Shown here in pieces: positions 12,341 through 26,633 of a DNA stretch of 64,000 bases (position 1 is the first letter of the stretch; each line of letters opens with the position of its first letter). The notes beneath the pieces were generated by a model. The model ran no database searches. It was given only the letters and a program-made list of their open reading frames with translations, and had not been told where the DNA came from. This DNA comes from Lama guanicoe. Lineage: Eukaryota. The stretch lies in contig MU054212.1 in the NCBI GenBank assembly GCA_013239625.1, positions 4,374,270 to 4,438,269 on the forward strand, written 5' to 3'. The position numbers and the translations under genes were made by a program.

Positions 12341-13864
12341 TACTGAAGTATCCATGTATTTTCATAAGGACAAAAACAGAAAAAAAGAGATTCGTCCAAA
12401 AATAAACAGGAAATAATATCTTGAATCACTGAATACATTTTGAGGAATATGAAACACTTCATACAATCCCAAGCAGTACCTAAAAATATTTTCCAATATC
12501 CATCAGCCATGTTTTGTCGGTCCTTTTTAAGCAGCGGCCTGCGGACTTCAGCATGTCTTTGTTAAAGAAGGATGCCAAGCTAGGTATTAAACAGATATTA
12601 GAGTATGAATTCAGGAAAACTAGCTCACGTGCTGGCAGGTGATAGCAAGGCATACCAGTTTCTTTTCCCTTGCTGCAGGCTCTTAGCGTGTCTGATGGGA
12701 GCATTGAGAATCTAAGTTTTATTTTATGAGCTTATTCAATATAAGGACCAGTGCTACACGTATAGAGTAAGAATACAGCCTTTCAGCCATGTTAGTTCCA
12801 GCACTAGAAATGCTCCTATAGTTTATTTGGGAATTAAAAAAAGATCAACTGAGCATAAATGGAGCTAAAAATATTTACTTTAATTAAAGACGATTGCAAA
12901 CAAAGTACCTTCTACTCTGAAGTATAGTTTGAAGATGTGTGCAAACAACTGCAAGAAATGTTTCAGATCATAAAATGTGAATACACAAAGCACCGAAAAC
13001 AAAACTAAAAAGGGAAACACTCAGTCGCTGTGGGCATGTAGCTGGGATTAGAGCATGTAGTGGCACACGAGGAAGGCAGGATCCGTTGCAGCCATAAACA
13101 GTGAAACAGGATAATGAATCCTGGACCCTGACTCTTCATTTCTCTCTGATGCTCAGCTTGAAGCCCCCTGACTTCCACGTGGCTCACTAGACCCCCGGAA
13201 ACTTGATTCTTCTGGAATTTAATTCTTGCCTGCAGGCAAGAACTTTGCTGTTGAAGCGGGAACAATGTTACAGGCATAGAGGGGCTCTCATCATCAGGCG
13301 TGGCAACAGGAGCAATTAAATCAAGATCTCAGGGCACTCACTCCGTGAGCCTGAATTTTAAGCTTGGGAACGTCCTCTGTGCAAGACTATTCTCTCCAAT
13401 GGCTTCCATACTGTCTCAGACGTAGCAGTCATCAGTTCCAGTAAGTGGAGTTAATATTTCTGCAAAAACTTAACTTGAACTGACTGTCACGCGGTATGGA
13501 GGTCATGCTTTGGGATGAGAACAAAGAAGTCAGCCTGGATTGATTTTGTTCCTTTATTCATTTATTTTGTGATGTAGTGATCAAAAGAGATTTGAGAAAA
13601 TGCAGAGATGGACTTTGGAAAGGGAGAGAAGACATTTAGAAAAGCCCATGTAACAGATGGGAGACCAGTGGGAGTACTGGAAAGAAAAAAAAAAATTATT
13701 TGGAGAAAGAATGTTTGTTGTATTAAATAATTAGTATATATTTAGTTAGAGAGGCCATAGGTTGTAATATGTGATTATGAATGTTTGGAACTATATTGTA
13801 TATGTTAGTAGAAATGGAATTGAATGAATTCTTGGATTTGGGAAAGTATATCTTTTTCAATATA

Positions 13865-14385
13865 TTTATTAGCACTGGCTTTGTAATTGCCAGGTATAGA
13901 AATTAATCAAAGAAATTGAGCATAAAAGAGACTGTTATTGACTTTCGAGGTCAGAATTCCCATGGAGACCGGATCTGGTGCTCAAATACCCCAGGATGCT
14001 GAATTGCACTGTTTTCAATCCCTCTTAGTTATGTTTCCTCCCCCCCCTTTTTTTTAACTTCATCTTTAAGCAGCCTGTCTATACTTAGAGAGGGACAGCT
14101 CTAGGTTTCCTTTTATACCTACTCCCCAGGTGGAAAAAGTATTTCTCCCTCAATAGTTGCCACAAATTCCTGAAATGGTGTCAAGTGGCTTGTGCCACAT
14201 CTCTGACTTTGAATAGTTCACTGTGTCCTGGAGTGTGAGCTCTAAGACTGGCTGTCCCGAATGATGTCCACATCCTTGTCCTAGAAGGTGGACCACGGTC
14301 CATTGCATGAACATGTGGACCAAGAGCTGAGGAATTGGAGTGTGGTAATGGGAGAAAGGACGTGGATGCTAGACAAACCAAGTAA
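13865..14385 (-). mobile_element. Old MaLR LTR (MLT1K/L-like)
   Basis: Degenerate similarity to recalled antisense MLT1 consensus (tcactgtgtcctggagtgtgagctctaagactggct...ggatgctagaca). Confidence 0.4.
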
Positions 14386-14780
14386 CACTGTGTACGTCCC
14401 TCATGGGGCTGCGGTGAAGGGCAGTTGAAAATATAAAGTGCTTAGTGGTATACAAAGTGCAAGTGATACATAGAGGATGTATCAATGTTTGTCATTCTTG
14501 TTTTTAATGCAATTATGGTAAGAAAAACCACATGCAAACGTGAACATGTGGATGGGTGACACAATATATGGTATTAGAAGTTCATCCTCAGGGGAAGGCA
14601 GGGGGGATTTGAGTTGAATACAAAGCGTGAGATCATGTAGAAAAGCACAGAGTTACGTGGGTATAATATTGGCTGGTTCTTTCGCCCTGTTGTGGGTTTG
14701 TAACCAGAGTAAAACCACGTAATTATCAATTAAACTTTTCTGTCTTGTTGCACTGTGAGCCTCGCTTCCTGGAAGAAGTT

Positions 14781-15336
14781 TGTGATAGGCAGCCTTTAAG
14801 GTGGTTCCCAGTCATTCCTGCCTCCTGATATTCATGCCCTAGTGAAGCTCTCCCCCACCCGGATGTGGGACGGACTTACTGACTTACTTCTAGGGAAGAC
14901 AACGTGGCAGACTTTGTGTGATGGCTACCACTGCTAAGAGTTGGTTATAAAAATTAATGGCTGCCATCTGGGCACACTGTGTAAACCTCCCTCTTGGATC
15001 ACTTAACCTGGGGGTATCTAGCTGCCACGCTGTGAGGCAGCCCTGTGGGGAGGGGCTGAGACCCACCGGTAACACGTGAGTGAAACTGGAAGCAGATCCC
15101 TCCATCTCTGAATGAGCCTTCGTGTGAGCCCGCAGCCCTGGCTGGCAGCTCAGCCTTGAGCTCATGAGAAACCTGGAGCCAAGAGATACTCAGCCAAGCC
15201 ACATCCTGGTCTCCGACCCACAGACACTGCAGAAAGAAACATTTATTTATTTAAAGCAATACCTAAAGCAATAGAAGCTGTGTTAAACTTCTAAGTTTGG
15301 GAGTAATTTGTTGTACAGTGATAGATAACCAATAAA
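14781..15336 (+). mobile_element. MaLR solo LTR (MLT1F-like)
   Basis: tgtgataggcagcctttaaggtggttcccagtcattcctgcctcctgatattcatgccc...ctaagtttgggagtaatttgttgtacagtgatagataacc. Confidence 0.85.
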
Positions 15337-16160
15337 TCATTTCTAGATTAAAAATTGCAGGGCATAATTATCTAAGAGCTTTCATGACTTGGCATGAGTT
15401 ACTAGTAAATGTGGCAGCTTTTTGCCTGAATCGATCCCCATGGCCCTTTCTGCTAACCCACCCCAAGCAGAGAGAATCGAGAAAGAGGTTTACTGATTTG
15501 TTTGTTTTTAAACAACCACACTTTTACTTGCTTCTGACCATAACCTTTACTCGACCATTGTATGTGTATATATACCGTGCTGTAGAGAAGAGAGGGAAAG
15601 CACATGAAATTATTTTCGGCCTCCGTCAGCTTACCCTGGGGATAAGATATATACAGGTGGGTAATTCATTAAGTTAAGCCATAGTGCGGTGAATTAAGTG
15701 CCAAAATGGTGTGCTGTGACCGAACTCCAGTTAATTTGAAAGATCAAAAATTTATTTTTATAAACTGAACTCTTTCATGCCTCCTTTCCTGCTCAGCAGA
15801 AGGGAAATTATTTTTAGACCAACCTGGCAAATTCAATCCAAACCAGTAAGTTTTATTCCACCCTGGGTAATAAAATACCAGATTCTCTCAGGACGTATTC
15901 AATCAAATTCAAGTGGTCCCATTCTCTCCGTCATTGTTCACGATTCAGAGTTTTCTTCTGAGCTTGCTCCCCAATTCTCCACGCTGGTTTTTGTTTTTGT
16001 TTTTGTTTTGTCTGAAACAAGGAAGACAGGGAGGAAGGGGTTTCTGCTCCTGTGGCTGAGGGAGCATGAGATTGCATGGTTTATTCCTTGTCACTTCTCT
16101 GTGGCTTCTGGCATCTGGTGTTTTCATGTCCCCCCGCCCCACCTGCCCCCGCTCCGGTAC

Positions 16161-16844
16161 TGGCAGTGGTTAACACAGACTCTCTTGTAGAACATCTCGC
16201 AGTCCCTAAGCACTCAGCTAGGCAGCCTCTGTCGCCCTCCAGCACAGGGGAGTCTCTGTGAAATGCCACAGATGCTCTTTGCCTGAACTCTCGTGTGTGA
16301 GCCGCAAACTGGTGTGTATCGTCTTCCACCAGCTACTGTCCCTTGTCTTCTGTGAGCTTATTAGTAATCTTGGAGTCCGTGCCATCCCAACTAGGATTCC
16401 CATATGGTCAGCGTGGCGGGCAGGAGTATTCTCTCTCTCTCTCTCTCTCTGGGTCTCTCTTTCTTGCTTACCCTGGAGGCAGCCAGGTGGCATGCTGGGC
16501 GGCAGTCCTGTGCTAGTGCCCCTGTGTCCGGGAACTGAGGGAGGACTCAAGTCAGCCGTCGGTGGAGAGTGTAGGACCTGCGGAGATTTCCCCCAATCCA
16601 AGAGCCCACGAGGAACACAGCCCACACGAACAAGCTTGGAAGTGGACCAGACTCCAGCAGAGATCACAGATCTTTAGTAGAGACCACAGCCCGGGCTGAC
16701 AGCTTGACTGCCCCCTGGTGAGAGACCTTGAGCCAGCTAGGCCATTAGTGGGTATTTGAATTATAAAAACTATGATAGTAAATGTGTGTTTTATAAGTGC
16801 CGAGTTTCGAAGTAGTTTGCCAAACTGCATAGGTAACGAATACA
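16161..16844 (+). mobile_element. MaLR solo LTR (MLT1E/F/G-like)
   Basis: ggaactgagggaggactc...gcttggaagtgga...cacagcccgggctgacagcttgactgc...gagaccttgagccag...gtttcgaagtagtttgccaaactgcataggtaacgaataca (MLT1 3' terminus). Confidence 0.75.
16708..16721 (-). promoter_or_regulatory. CTCF-like motif
   Basis: Minus strand TCACCAGGGGGCAG versus consensus CCACCAGGGGGCAG. Confidence 0.45.
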
Positions 16845-18009
16845 CCACGCCACCTGGCGAGCTTTCTGCGTGACCTCTCGCAGCCCCCGGCATCACTGGA
16901 AATCCCTGCGGGGCATGCATACATCAAGATGCAGGTTGTAAACTGGGACTGTGCCCTTTTCTCAGAATCCACCTCCAGACTACAGGGGAGATTCTCTTGG
17001 CGTGACGAGTCTTTACAGGGTAATATATTAAACATTCTTCCGCCGGTATCTTTGCACAGAGGAGGAAGAAAAAGTAAATTACCAACTCTAAGGCTCTACA
17101 GAAACTGTTCTCCCAACCTCTGCCATCCCTACCCTGCGAACACCTGTATTCCCTCTTCGTTTTCTCTAGTGGTAAAGCCTGCAAAAACCAGCTCTTTCTT
17201 ACTTGAAACTTGTTGCCGATTGGGAAAGCCCTGAACTAGGAATAACACTTTCTTAATATTTAGCAGTTTGAAATAATGTGTCATTCATTATCCTCAGATG
17301 TGAGCGCTCTCCCTGGTTTTTCATAGACTCTCTGCATAGTCATCGTGAAGAGCCAGACAGCCGGTAAGCCAGGAAGGCAGGGGAAGAAACCACCTCATGT
17401 TCGCTTACGTGATAACGTAGCAGAATTCTCTGAGGAGGCGATCAATGGAAGCTGGTCTGGTGGATGAGGTGGGATTTGTTCTGAGCCTTAAAGGATTGGA
17501 GGATTTGCATTAATAGATTGGAGGTTTATGATCATTTCAGAAAGCCAAAAAAAAAAAAAAAAGACTTGTGCAAAAGGCACTAAGATCAAAATTCCTTTTG
17601 GAGGCAGAGTGGGAAGAAAAGAACCTGTCTGTGAGGCTGCTGGAAGAGAAAGATTTCTGACTTCTATCGCAGTGGATTACTCAGAGAGTCTGACTGTTAG
17701 CGGTAGACGAAATGTTTTTGGGTAGAGGCGTAAGATAAGGAAATTGATGACTTCATAAATTGATAACCAAAGAATAAATGTTTATTGAGGGTCTTCTCTG
17801 CTGAAAGTGCAGTGGTCAGCAGAGCAGACACGGTTGCCACCACAGTAGAGCTTACTGTCTGTTGTGGGAGACCGTGACTCGGAGGGCAGTGAGTCGGAGG
17901 GTTTCAGTGTGCAGAACGCGGAGAAGTTGAAATTCAGTGTGACATGTGAGGCTGCAGTGGGCGAACTTCATGGAGTTACGCTTTCCTAAAGATTTTTTTT
18001 TTCCCAAAT

Positions 18010-18710
18010 GGAATTTTTTTGTTTTGAGATACTTACAGATTCACAGCAGGTGTAAGAAATAGGACAGATTCCACGTATCCTCTTCCCAGTTTTCTCCGAC
18101 AGTAACACCTTGAGTCACCATCGTACAGAGTCACACCCAGGATGTGGACACTGACACAGGGACTATGCAGAGCACTGCCCTTGTGAGGATGTCTCCTGTT
18201 GCCTTCTTTAGCCACGCCTCCTTCTGTCTTGCTCCACCCTCTCATTAATCAATCTCTGGCAACCACTCCCCTGGTCTCTATTTCTAAAATGTTGACATTT
18301 CAAAAATGCTGTTTGAATGAATCATGCAGTTTATAACTTTGGTGACTGGCTTTTCATCTCATTCCGAGAGGATCCACTCGCTGGACATGGTCCTCTGGGA
18401 TGCCAACTGTCTTTCAGCACTTGAAAGGTTAGGACATTTCCTTCTGACTTAACATGTTTCATGATGAGAAGTCCTGTGTCATTCCAAAATGTCCTCTCTG
18501 AGTAATGTCACTTCTTTTTCACTGCTTTCAAGATTTTGTCTTTAGTGTTTAGAAGTTTGACCACTATGTTTCCTTGGGTTTTATCCCATTTCAAGTTTGT
18601 GCACTTTCTTGAATCTTTAGGTTTGTATCTGTTGCCAAATTTGGGAATTTTTCAGCCTTTATTTATTTGAGTATTTTTTCATGTCAGTCCTCTATCTCCT
18701 CTTCTTCCAA
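18010..18710 (-). mobile_element. L1 fragments (L1MC-like 3' end plus an internal piece)
   Basis: ttttgagatacttacagattcacagcaggtgtaagaaatagga...ccagttttctcc; later ttcaagattttgtctttagtgtttagaagtttgac...ccaaatttgggaatttttcagcc. Confidence 0.8.
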
Positions 18711-18789
18711 AAGCCTGCAATGCATTTTAAAGAGTAAATGGGAAGCTACTGATAAGTTTTAATCAAGGAACTTGTATCATTAAGCTTTT

Positions 18790-19220
18790 AATGAAAAACA
18801 AACTATCCCACAATTTAGTGGATTAAAACAACAAGCCTTCAGTTAATTCACAGCTCTGTAGGTTGGCAATTTTGGCTGGTCTCAATAGGGTAGTTTTTTT
18901 TCCTGGTCAAGGCTGGTGTTAATGCTGCATCTTCAGTTAGCTGCTATTTGGGTGGATGTAGAAGTTCTCCACTGACGGCTTGTCTCTGCTTCAAATGTAG
19001 CTTCACCTTCCAGCAGATAAATTGAGCTTTCTCATGTGGTGGTGGAAAGTTGCAAGACCTATGAGAAGCAAGCTCCAACATGTAAGAGCTTTTCAGGACT
19101 CTGCTCTTGGAATGTTTGCCAATGTCCAGTGGCCAGAATAAATCATACAACCAACCCAAATTCAAGGGATAGAAAAATCCTTTCCAACTTTCAATGGCAG
19201 GGGACAATTTTTGCAGTCCA
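18790..19220 (-). mobile_element. MaLR LTR (MLT1H/I/J-like)
   Basis: aaacaaactatcccacaatttagtggattaaaacaacaa...ttcacagctctgtaggttggcaattt...ggccagaataaatcatacaaccaacccaaattcaaggg. Confidence 0.75.
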
Positions 19221-19239
19221 GCTCAGGGATATTATAATC

Positions 19240-19700
19240 AGAATCACCTTTTTAAAAGAGTATTTGATGCTGTGAGAGGTATGATTTTCAGGAAGCCAGA
19301 GGTGAGGCTGAGAGATCATTTTAAAAAGGAAGAGAGAGAAAACTGCAGATTTAAAATATGCTTAATGGGTAGCAATGACAAGTGATTGATTATGTATGAG
19401 TAGAGGAGAAAGGATGTGTCATGCATTACTAGTAGGTTTCCTGTCTTGAACAGTTTGGGGAATAGTAGTGACATTTGTTGAATTGGGAACCCTAGAAGTG
19501 GCAAGATAAAGACGAGGGTAATGAGTTCAGTTTGGGATAAATTTTATTTGAGGTACTGAAAGGCAACCAAGTGGAAATATTGACTATGTAGTTCAGTAAA
19601 GGGCCAGGGTCTAAGGAAAGAGTTTTGGATAGAAGAAAAAAGATCTGTAAGTTATCAACTTATTGACTGTACATAGCTTTGGCTATACAAATGGGTGAGT
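19240..19700 (-). mobile_element. L2 LINE fragment
   Basis: taatgagttcagtttggga...tttgaggtactgaaaggcaaccaagtggaaatatt...gatctgtaagttatca. Confidence 0.65.
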
Positions 19701-21559
19701 TAAATGTGCATTAAGAGTTGTGTGGTTCTGAAATATGAAGAGTGGAACAAATCCAGGATTCCACTGAGTTGAACGATCTCTAGCAGTAGTCAGAAAGATG
19801 TTTTATTTGGCCATTTTATTAAGCACTCATGTCTTTAGGATTTGCTTAAAAGATCTGAGTATACCTCAAGAGACAAGTACAAAATCCAATCTTATTTATC
19901 ACCCGTGGTGGGAGCCACAGACGTTTGTGAGTAGAGGGACAGATCAGGTGGTTATGTATTTGTGACAGGGAGTCAGGGCTGTATCACCACAGGGTCATAC
20001 CCCTCATGTATTATGTAGCTATTCAGATAACAACTCCAAATAGAGTCTAGTCTGTCTGATCAGGGTTGCCAACAAACACTCACTCAGTAAAATAATAATA
20101 GACAAAACTCAAAAACATCTGGAATGATATTTGACTTAGTTTCAAGTATGAGAATTGCACTAGATTTCTGAAGTCCAGAGATCATGACCAGGCAGCTTTT
20201 CTGACCGTATGTCCCTTTTGTCACAGGTGCATTTCTTAGGGTGTATGCATCTTTTCACTCTAGGGGGAATCAGAATAAAGTACAAAGATATTTTTAAGAG
20301 AGGTAAATTAAGATATTTTTTATCTTGAGATGGAATCTATGCATCTTTTTTTGTATATGTGGAATTTAATAGAATTTGGCATGTTTGAGTGACAGCCTTG
20401 TAAATCCAATTTAAAATGTTATTGAGTAATTGATTCAGAATGGTGATGTAAGTCGAAATCTTGCTAAGTTTATGTACAGTATGTTATGAACATTTATACA
20501 AACTTAATTCTGCCATATTTATCAGTTAATTTCTTGGACTTAACAAAAATCCCTAACGCTTGAGAAGGCTTTTTCTCAGGAAATTGAAATGCTAAAAAAT
20601 GAGTCTAAAATATATTTTATTTATAAATTCTGTTTAAAATATTTGAAATAGTATTCAAAATCCCTGTAAAGATTATTGTTCTTCTAGACTTACAAGTTGA
20701 ATAGAATTTGCTAATTGGACTTAAGCACCTGACAAGGGTTTTGAATTTGTAACTTCAGAAAGTTAAATTTAAAATGAAATCACAAAACTCTGTAAAGTTT
20801 CTTACATACAAAATCTACCCTGAACTCAAAACAAGAAGGAAATAAGTTGGAAGACTGCTACAGGAAATGAAGAAATCAGTTAGATTTAGAGGCACAGGAA
20901 AAGAGCCCTCTGGAGGGGTAGTGGGACCTGAAATGACACAAGTACAAAACTGTAACCGGAGTGAGGTGCTGGGAGCCTTGGGAGGGAGTGAACCTTGGGT
21001 TGTACAAGGTCTCATTAAGGTTACAGTTAAATAGTGTTCAAGAGTGTTTACAATTGACAGCTAGCAATTGAGAAGTTGATCCTCCCTACCCTCATACTAG
21101 CCCATCTAGAGACCCATTTGCAACAAACTCAGCTCTTTTACTCCCTTCATCTCCAATCTTGCATAACGAGGGGTGAAAAGAGTTGTAAGAATGAACGTGT
21201 CCACGTTGGTTGGGGTGTCATGGGGAAATGGGTGCTCTGAACAAACCATGAGCTCATGAGAGCTAATTTTCAACCTCCCCATGTGAAGCAGCCTCATTGT
21301 TTATCCCTTCCTTTCCCCAGAGTTGGAAAGATACACTAGGTGTCCTCCTTGCTTCATATGCTGTCATATTCATACCATAATCCTCTGTGACTGTTTAAAC
21401 TTCTTCATGCCTTTGAGGCTCATGACATAAAACTATAACCTTTCCTTTTTCCTTTGTTCTCAACCACTGACATTTTAATTACTCTTTCTGCGTTCATTTT
21501 CAAAAGCAAGATAACAGGTGACCGGTAATCTTCCTCTTCTCGCCACGCCCTTCTACTGT

Positions 21560-22330
21560 TTTGGGTGACTTCTGTTTTACCAATGTCCTGATCCTCAATT
21601 TTGACATTTTCATCTGTAATGAGTATTTTTTTCCATTCCGTTTCAGCCATTTACTCCCGTAACCTCATCCTGAGCCTCGTTCTTTGGATCTTCTCTGCTT
21701 CAGAGATGACCACAATCTCCTAGCCTTCCATCTTTCCAGATGGCCATGAAATCTGTTTCTCTCCATTCCAACCATCACTGCCCTTTACTCCTTCATGCTA
21801 TCATCATCTCTGTTCTGGGCTCTTTCTTCCATTTCTTACCTGACCTTGCAGATTCTGTTTTGTAATTCATTTTTGTTTATTCCCCTGTTTTCAGTGTTCC
21901 TTCTCTATAAAATGCAAACTAGATCATTGCCCTTAGGATACTGTCCAAACTCTTGATCAAAACCCATTTCTTTATCCCCACTTCAGCTCTCATTTCACAC
22001 CACATCCATCTCTCCACTCCAGCAAGACTGAAATTCATTGAGTTCTCCAGATAGTCCATATACTTTCACCTTGTGGTGTTTCCTGCCTAAAATATCAGTC
22101 CCACCCCTACCTGAAATTTTCACCCCCACCATGCTCTCTTTAGTCCTTTCCTACGCATTCTGTAGGCCCTAACTTAAATTTTACTTTCTTTATAAAATGT
22201 TCCCTAGATTTTTCCTGGCCCAGGCATCCCACTTCAGATATAGTGTCCTTATTTTTGTGTTACTAAAGCTTTCTCTGCTTCCCAAGCAGACAGTTTATTA
22301 TACTTTGTGATCATTGCTTTATTCTTTGTA
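21560..22330 (+). mobile_element. L2 LINE fragment(s)
   Basis: ttctctccattccaaccatcactgccc...atcatcatctct...taaaatgcaaactagatcatt...aggatactgtccaaactctt. Confidence 0.6.
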
Positions 22331-22639
22331 GGTTCTTTGATCAACATATATTGGAAGGTGTTAGGAACCTGAACTGGACTTTTCCTAAACATCTCTTTAC
22401 TGTTTATATGACATGGTCTAAGGAATAAGGCGGTGTTGCATTTTAGAAATGTTCCCCGGTTTAGGCTAGCATTGCATCTTTTCTTGATGAAACATATTTA
22501 CACTGTAAGAAGGTGTGCTTGAAGGAAATGGGAAACCAAGATTATGGGTTCTTAATGTTTATCGTTTCCTAAATCCCCCTTTGTATTACTTAACATTAAC
22601 GTATTAAACTTTGCTGGGCCTATGTTAATAAAAAATAAC

Positions 22640-22860
22640 ATTTATTAATCATTATATACTAGTCACAACAGCACTTCGCACGCATTTGCTCACTTATGTC
22701 TTCGCACCTTATTAAAAAGTAGGCATTACTCCGATTATCACAATTTAAGAAATAAGGAAACCAAAGCTGATAAAGCTTAAGCAACTTGCCTGAGTTTTGT
22801 AATTTCTTCAAATGGGGAAATGCAGTTGCACACTCAGGTAGTCAAGTGCTGGGACCTGCC
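22640..22860 (-). mobile_element. MIR SINE
   Basis: gtaggcattact...aaataaggaaaccaaagctgataaagcttaagcaacttgcctgag. Confidence 0.65.
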
Positions 22861-24999
22861 CTCAGATCCAAACTACTGTTTCAGCAAAAGAACCTCAGTG
22901 TAGGGGAGAAATGATGTGATGTCAAGAGATCGACATTTGAAATAGAAATGAGACTCTTGTTCGCCATTTCTCAGGCTAGTTCCTGTGTTTGAGTCTATTT
23001 ACTTAGGATCACCTGACTAGCTCATACTACCTGTCATGTTGGAAGTCAGTAGATAATTTTGTTTTATATTGACACTCATGATACAGACATGGAATGACTG
23101 ATCTAGGGATGAAAACTGAAGGTGCTGTTTGCCACTCTTGTTATCTGCTGAAAAGTAGCCAAGTATCTTGTGAAAAATGCACTCAATAAGGAAACATACG
23201 GCCTCTGTGGCAACAAAAGCAAGCACCTGGCCAAGACCATGTTCACGGACTATAGATTGCATTGTCCCAAATCCTTAATTAAGTGCCCTTGCCTATAAAT
23301 TCCAAGAAGTGTAGTCTATTATATTAACAGCTACAAATATCCTTGGCACAAAAATGACTTCTTTTGCGCTAAACATCACATAGGCCAAGAGAATGAGCAC
23401 ACCAATAGTGCAGTAAAACTGATTCTCTAAACTCTGGACCATTAAACCAGGCTCACGTAGCCAGGAACAAATCTCATGTGAGGAAGGTTTACACAGTATG
23501 TGATTGGGGTTTGAAGGATGCAGTGGCGTCTGGGAAGAAGAAGTAAGAAATGGAGATAGAATTAACGCATTTCCCATTTTAGGACGAGGATAGGTCTCTG
23601 CATTTCTGCATTTTCCTTCCTTCCTTTCTTCCTCATGCTTTATATTAGGGATTCAGATGCATGGATCCAGACGAGAAACATGTATTTTATTCAAAGAAAG
23701 GTACAAAACTCTGTCAGAAGTGCTGGAACCCACCACTAATATTAGACAGCAGATTTGGAAATTGTCTGCTCATCCCGGTCTGTTTGTTTAAAAGCAAATA
23801 CACAGAGAAGTAATATACGTGAAAGATTATTATCTATTTTCATGATAATACTTTTTGTATTATTTATATGTTTAGAAGCAAAAAATGAAAAGGATATTAT
23901 TCAGAATTATAATTTTTTTACGCAAGTCATGAAATAGCATTAAGTGTAGGAAATTTAGAATAAAAAGCAAATCCTTATTCTACTATCTTCTACTTGTATG
24001 AATTTTAGTAATTTCCTTATTTTCTGGAACTTAAATTTCTCATCTACAAAATGAGGACATCGGTACCTCTCCTGTTGTACAGAGATTGAGGATCGAATTT
24101 GAGAAGGCACTTAGTAAACTCTGCAGGATTATGAACATGTTTGTAATTATAATGATGTGCTGTCTGTTTCTTTCCCAGCTCAGCCTTAGTAACACTTGCA
24201 ATTACTGAATCAGTATTCATGTAGATTATATCACTCAGAAGGCTCCAGAGATCTCTTAATGAGATCATATAAAAGCAAATATTTTATCCAGTATTGAAAT
24301 GCATCACTTTTGAAAGTTAATGGATCAATTGCCTAATAGGAACAATAACCATAATGGTTTACAACAGAAAGTGGAAGTATCTCTTTCAGCTGACATTCTA
24401 AAGGGAGTTAGGTGGGAGGGAAACAATTATTCAGAGTGGTTAACAGTACTCAGAATTGCAAAGCGTGCCCTGGAACCTTAAATAAGTTCAAGTAGACAGA
24501 CGTTTAAAGTTGCACTCGTCAGATGAGAGAAATGCTTTTCCTGCTGGTTTTTAAAACTTTTTAAACAAATCGGGATTCTTTACCTTAAAGTTTTTTGTTC
24601 CTTTCAGAATAAATTGGCTAAAACTGGCATTAAGCAGCTTTAAAATTAAGTCATCTGTAGTTATTTTTCTTTTCTAATCTGTTACTGAAACCTTTTATGG
24701 ATGGCAGATCTGTATAATTGAAGTTATTTATTTATTTATTTTTCCTTTCCCCCTGAGACTTTTTCAAGGAGTGCAATTTTATGAGAGAATTTTTGAAAGA
24801 ATATATGTTTTTTTCAATTCTGCAGTCAAACTTGATGGGAAATCCTAATTACCATATACATTTCTCGGAGATTCACGAATACATAGCATATTCAAAGCTT
24901 TGTATCTTTTTGTGGCAACGAACCATATTTGACTGTTTAAACCAGTGTTTTTCAGATTTCTTTGGCCATTGGTAAAGCAAAAGATCCTCTGTAGCAAGG

Positions 25000-25160
25000 C
25001 TGCCTGAGCTGGATCCCAGGCCTGCCCTTGACCTATCTGAGCCCAAGTTTCCTCACCTGTAAAATGTGGATTAGACAATACATAGGTCACAGGATGTTTT
25101 ACAAGGATTACCTGAGGTGACGTTTGCAAAGTGCTTAGAACGTTGTCTGACATGATTGTG
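25000..25160 (+). mobile_element. MIR SINE
   Basis: ctgagcccaagtttcctcacctgtaaaatgtgga...cacaggatgttttacaaggattacctgaggtgacgtttgcaaagtgcttagaac. Confidence 0.85.
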
Positions 25161-26434
25161 CAAGTGTGTATTAAAAATAATGTAACCTTTCCTTTCATGC
25201 CCCATTTTCTCAAAGCTCTGCTACTTGAGGGATTGTGCAGCTGTGGGAGAGGGGCAGAGGGTATGGAATCTAATTTTAATAGCTTCCAAGACTGTAGGCT
25301 CCTCGAGGCTCAGAGAAGTTAAATAACTTGCTCAGGACATGGTGGTAGAGATTCAGACTTGGACAATTTTTGGTCCTGGCCCTTAGATTAAACCACCGCA
25401 TTAGATGCATCTCTGAGGGATAAACAACAGATTATTGTTTCACATAACTTCTCTCCTAGAAATGTTTGTTTCCAAGTAAACCCATGTTTCCTAACGCTCA
25501 TGAAAGATTTTGGATGAATAGGACCAGAAGACTTTTGCTGTCCTTTCAAAACTGGTTCAATTACTCAACAATCTTGGCTGCCTTTGTCACTTAACTAGAA
25601 GATGAGAATCAAGATACAAAGACAAAATTCAATAAAAAGATTTCAACCAAAATCTACCCAAATCCTAACCAAAATAAGAATTATTAGAAAGGAATATGAC
25701 ACAGTGACATGGGACTAGGTGGTGGGAGAGAGAGGGGACAGTACATCAAAATAGTTGTGTGACATTTTGGTTAGCAAGCAAGAAAGAATGTAAATCAACC
25801 TCCTGTGTGTCTTTTCATGGCCTTCGGGTAGTTTAAAAAATGATTAGAGAAATGTATTTATCATTACAAGTCACCTTGGCTCTTTGTAGTTAAATTTCTG
25901 TGATAGCTACAATTTTTATACCTTCCTGCTTATAAGATTCTTTTGACCAAGGAATTAAGAAAATCTTGTGAAATCATTAAAAAGAAAAGTGCCTAGAGTT
26001 CTTACTAAAATGGCATGGCTAGTCAATCTTCTAAGCGTACCTACTTGGTTTGCTTGGACAGTGTATGTTAAATATTTGTCTTGTACAGTTCAGTTTGCCT
26101 CATTCTAGTTCAATGATTAAACAGTTAGAACTATTCATCAGTATTCAGTAAAAATAAATCTATTTGCAAGGATTTCCAACAAAAAGGGAAAACAAGGACT
26201 TTCAGGAACTCATATCTAGTTAGAGAAGTGGCTCGATGGAGCATTCCGCACGGCCTCAGATCTGAGTGCAGGTTTAGCAGTGGCTCCTGTGTTGTGCCTG
26301 GAGAGGTGGGCAGGATTCAGAGGTGGGAGGGGGATGCAGGAGGGCGCTGTGGGACAAAGACTGGAACAACATCACGAATGACACGAGGAGGAACGTGCGG
26401 CGTTTTTCCACGTATCATAGATCAGTTAGGCTTA

Positions 26435-26633
26435 CCCCTTCAACCTCAGCATTACTGACATTAGAAGCTGGATTGTGGGGTCTCCTGAACATGGAAGGAT
26501 GTTTAGCAGCATCCTTGGCCTCTACCAGCTAGATGCCAGGTGCCCTCTCCCCGCTTATGACAATCAAACATGTTTCCCGATATTGTCAAATGTCCCTCAC
26601 AGGGACCAAATCACCGCTGGTTGAGAATCCATG
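26435..26633 (-). mobile_element. MER20 hAT-Charlie DNA transposon
   Basis: caacctcagcattactgacatt...aggatgtttagcagcatccttggcctctaccagctagatgccag...caaatgtccct...ggttgagaatccatg matches the MER20 reverse complement. Confidence 0.9.
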
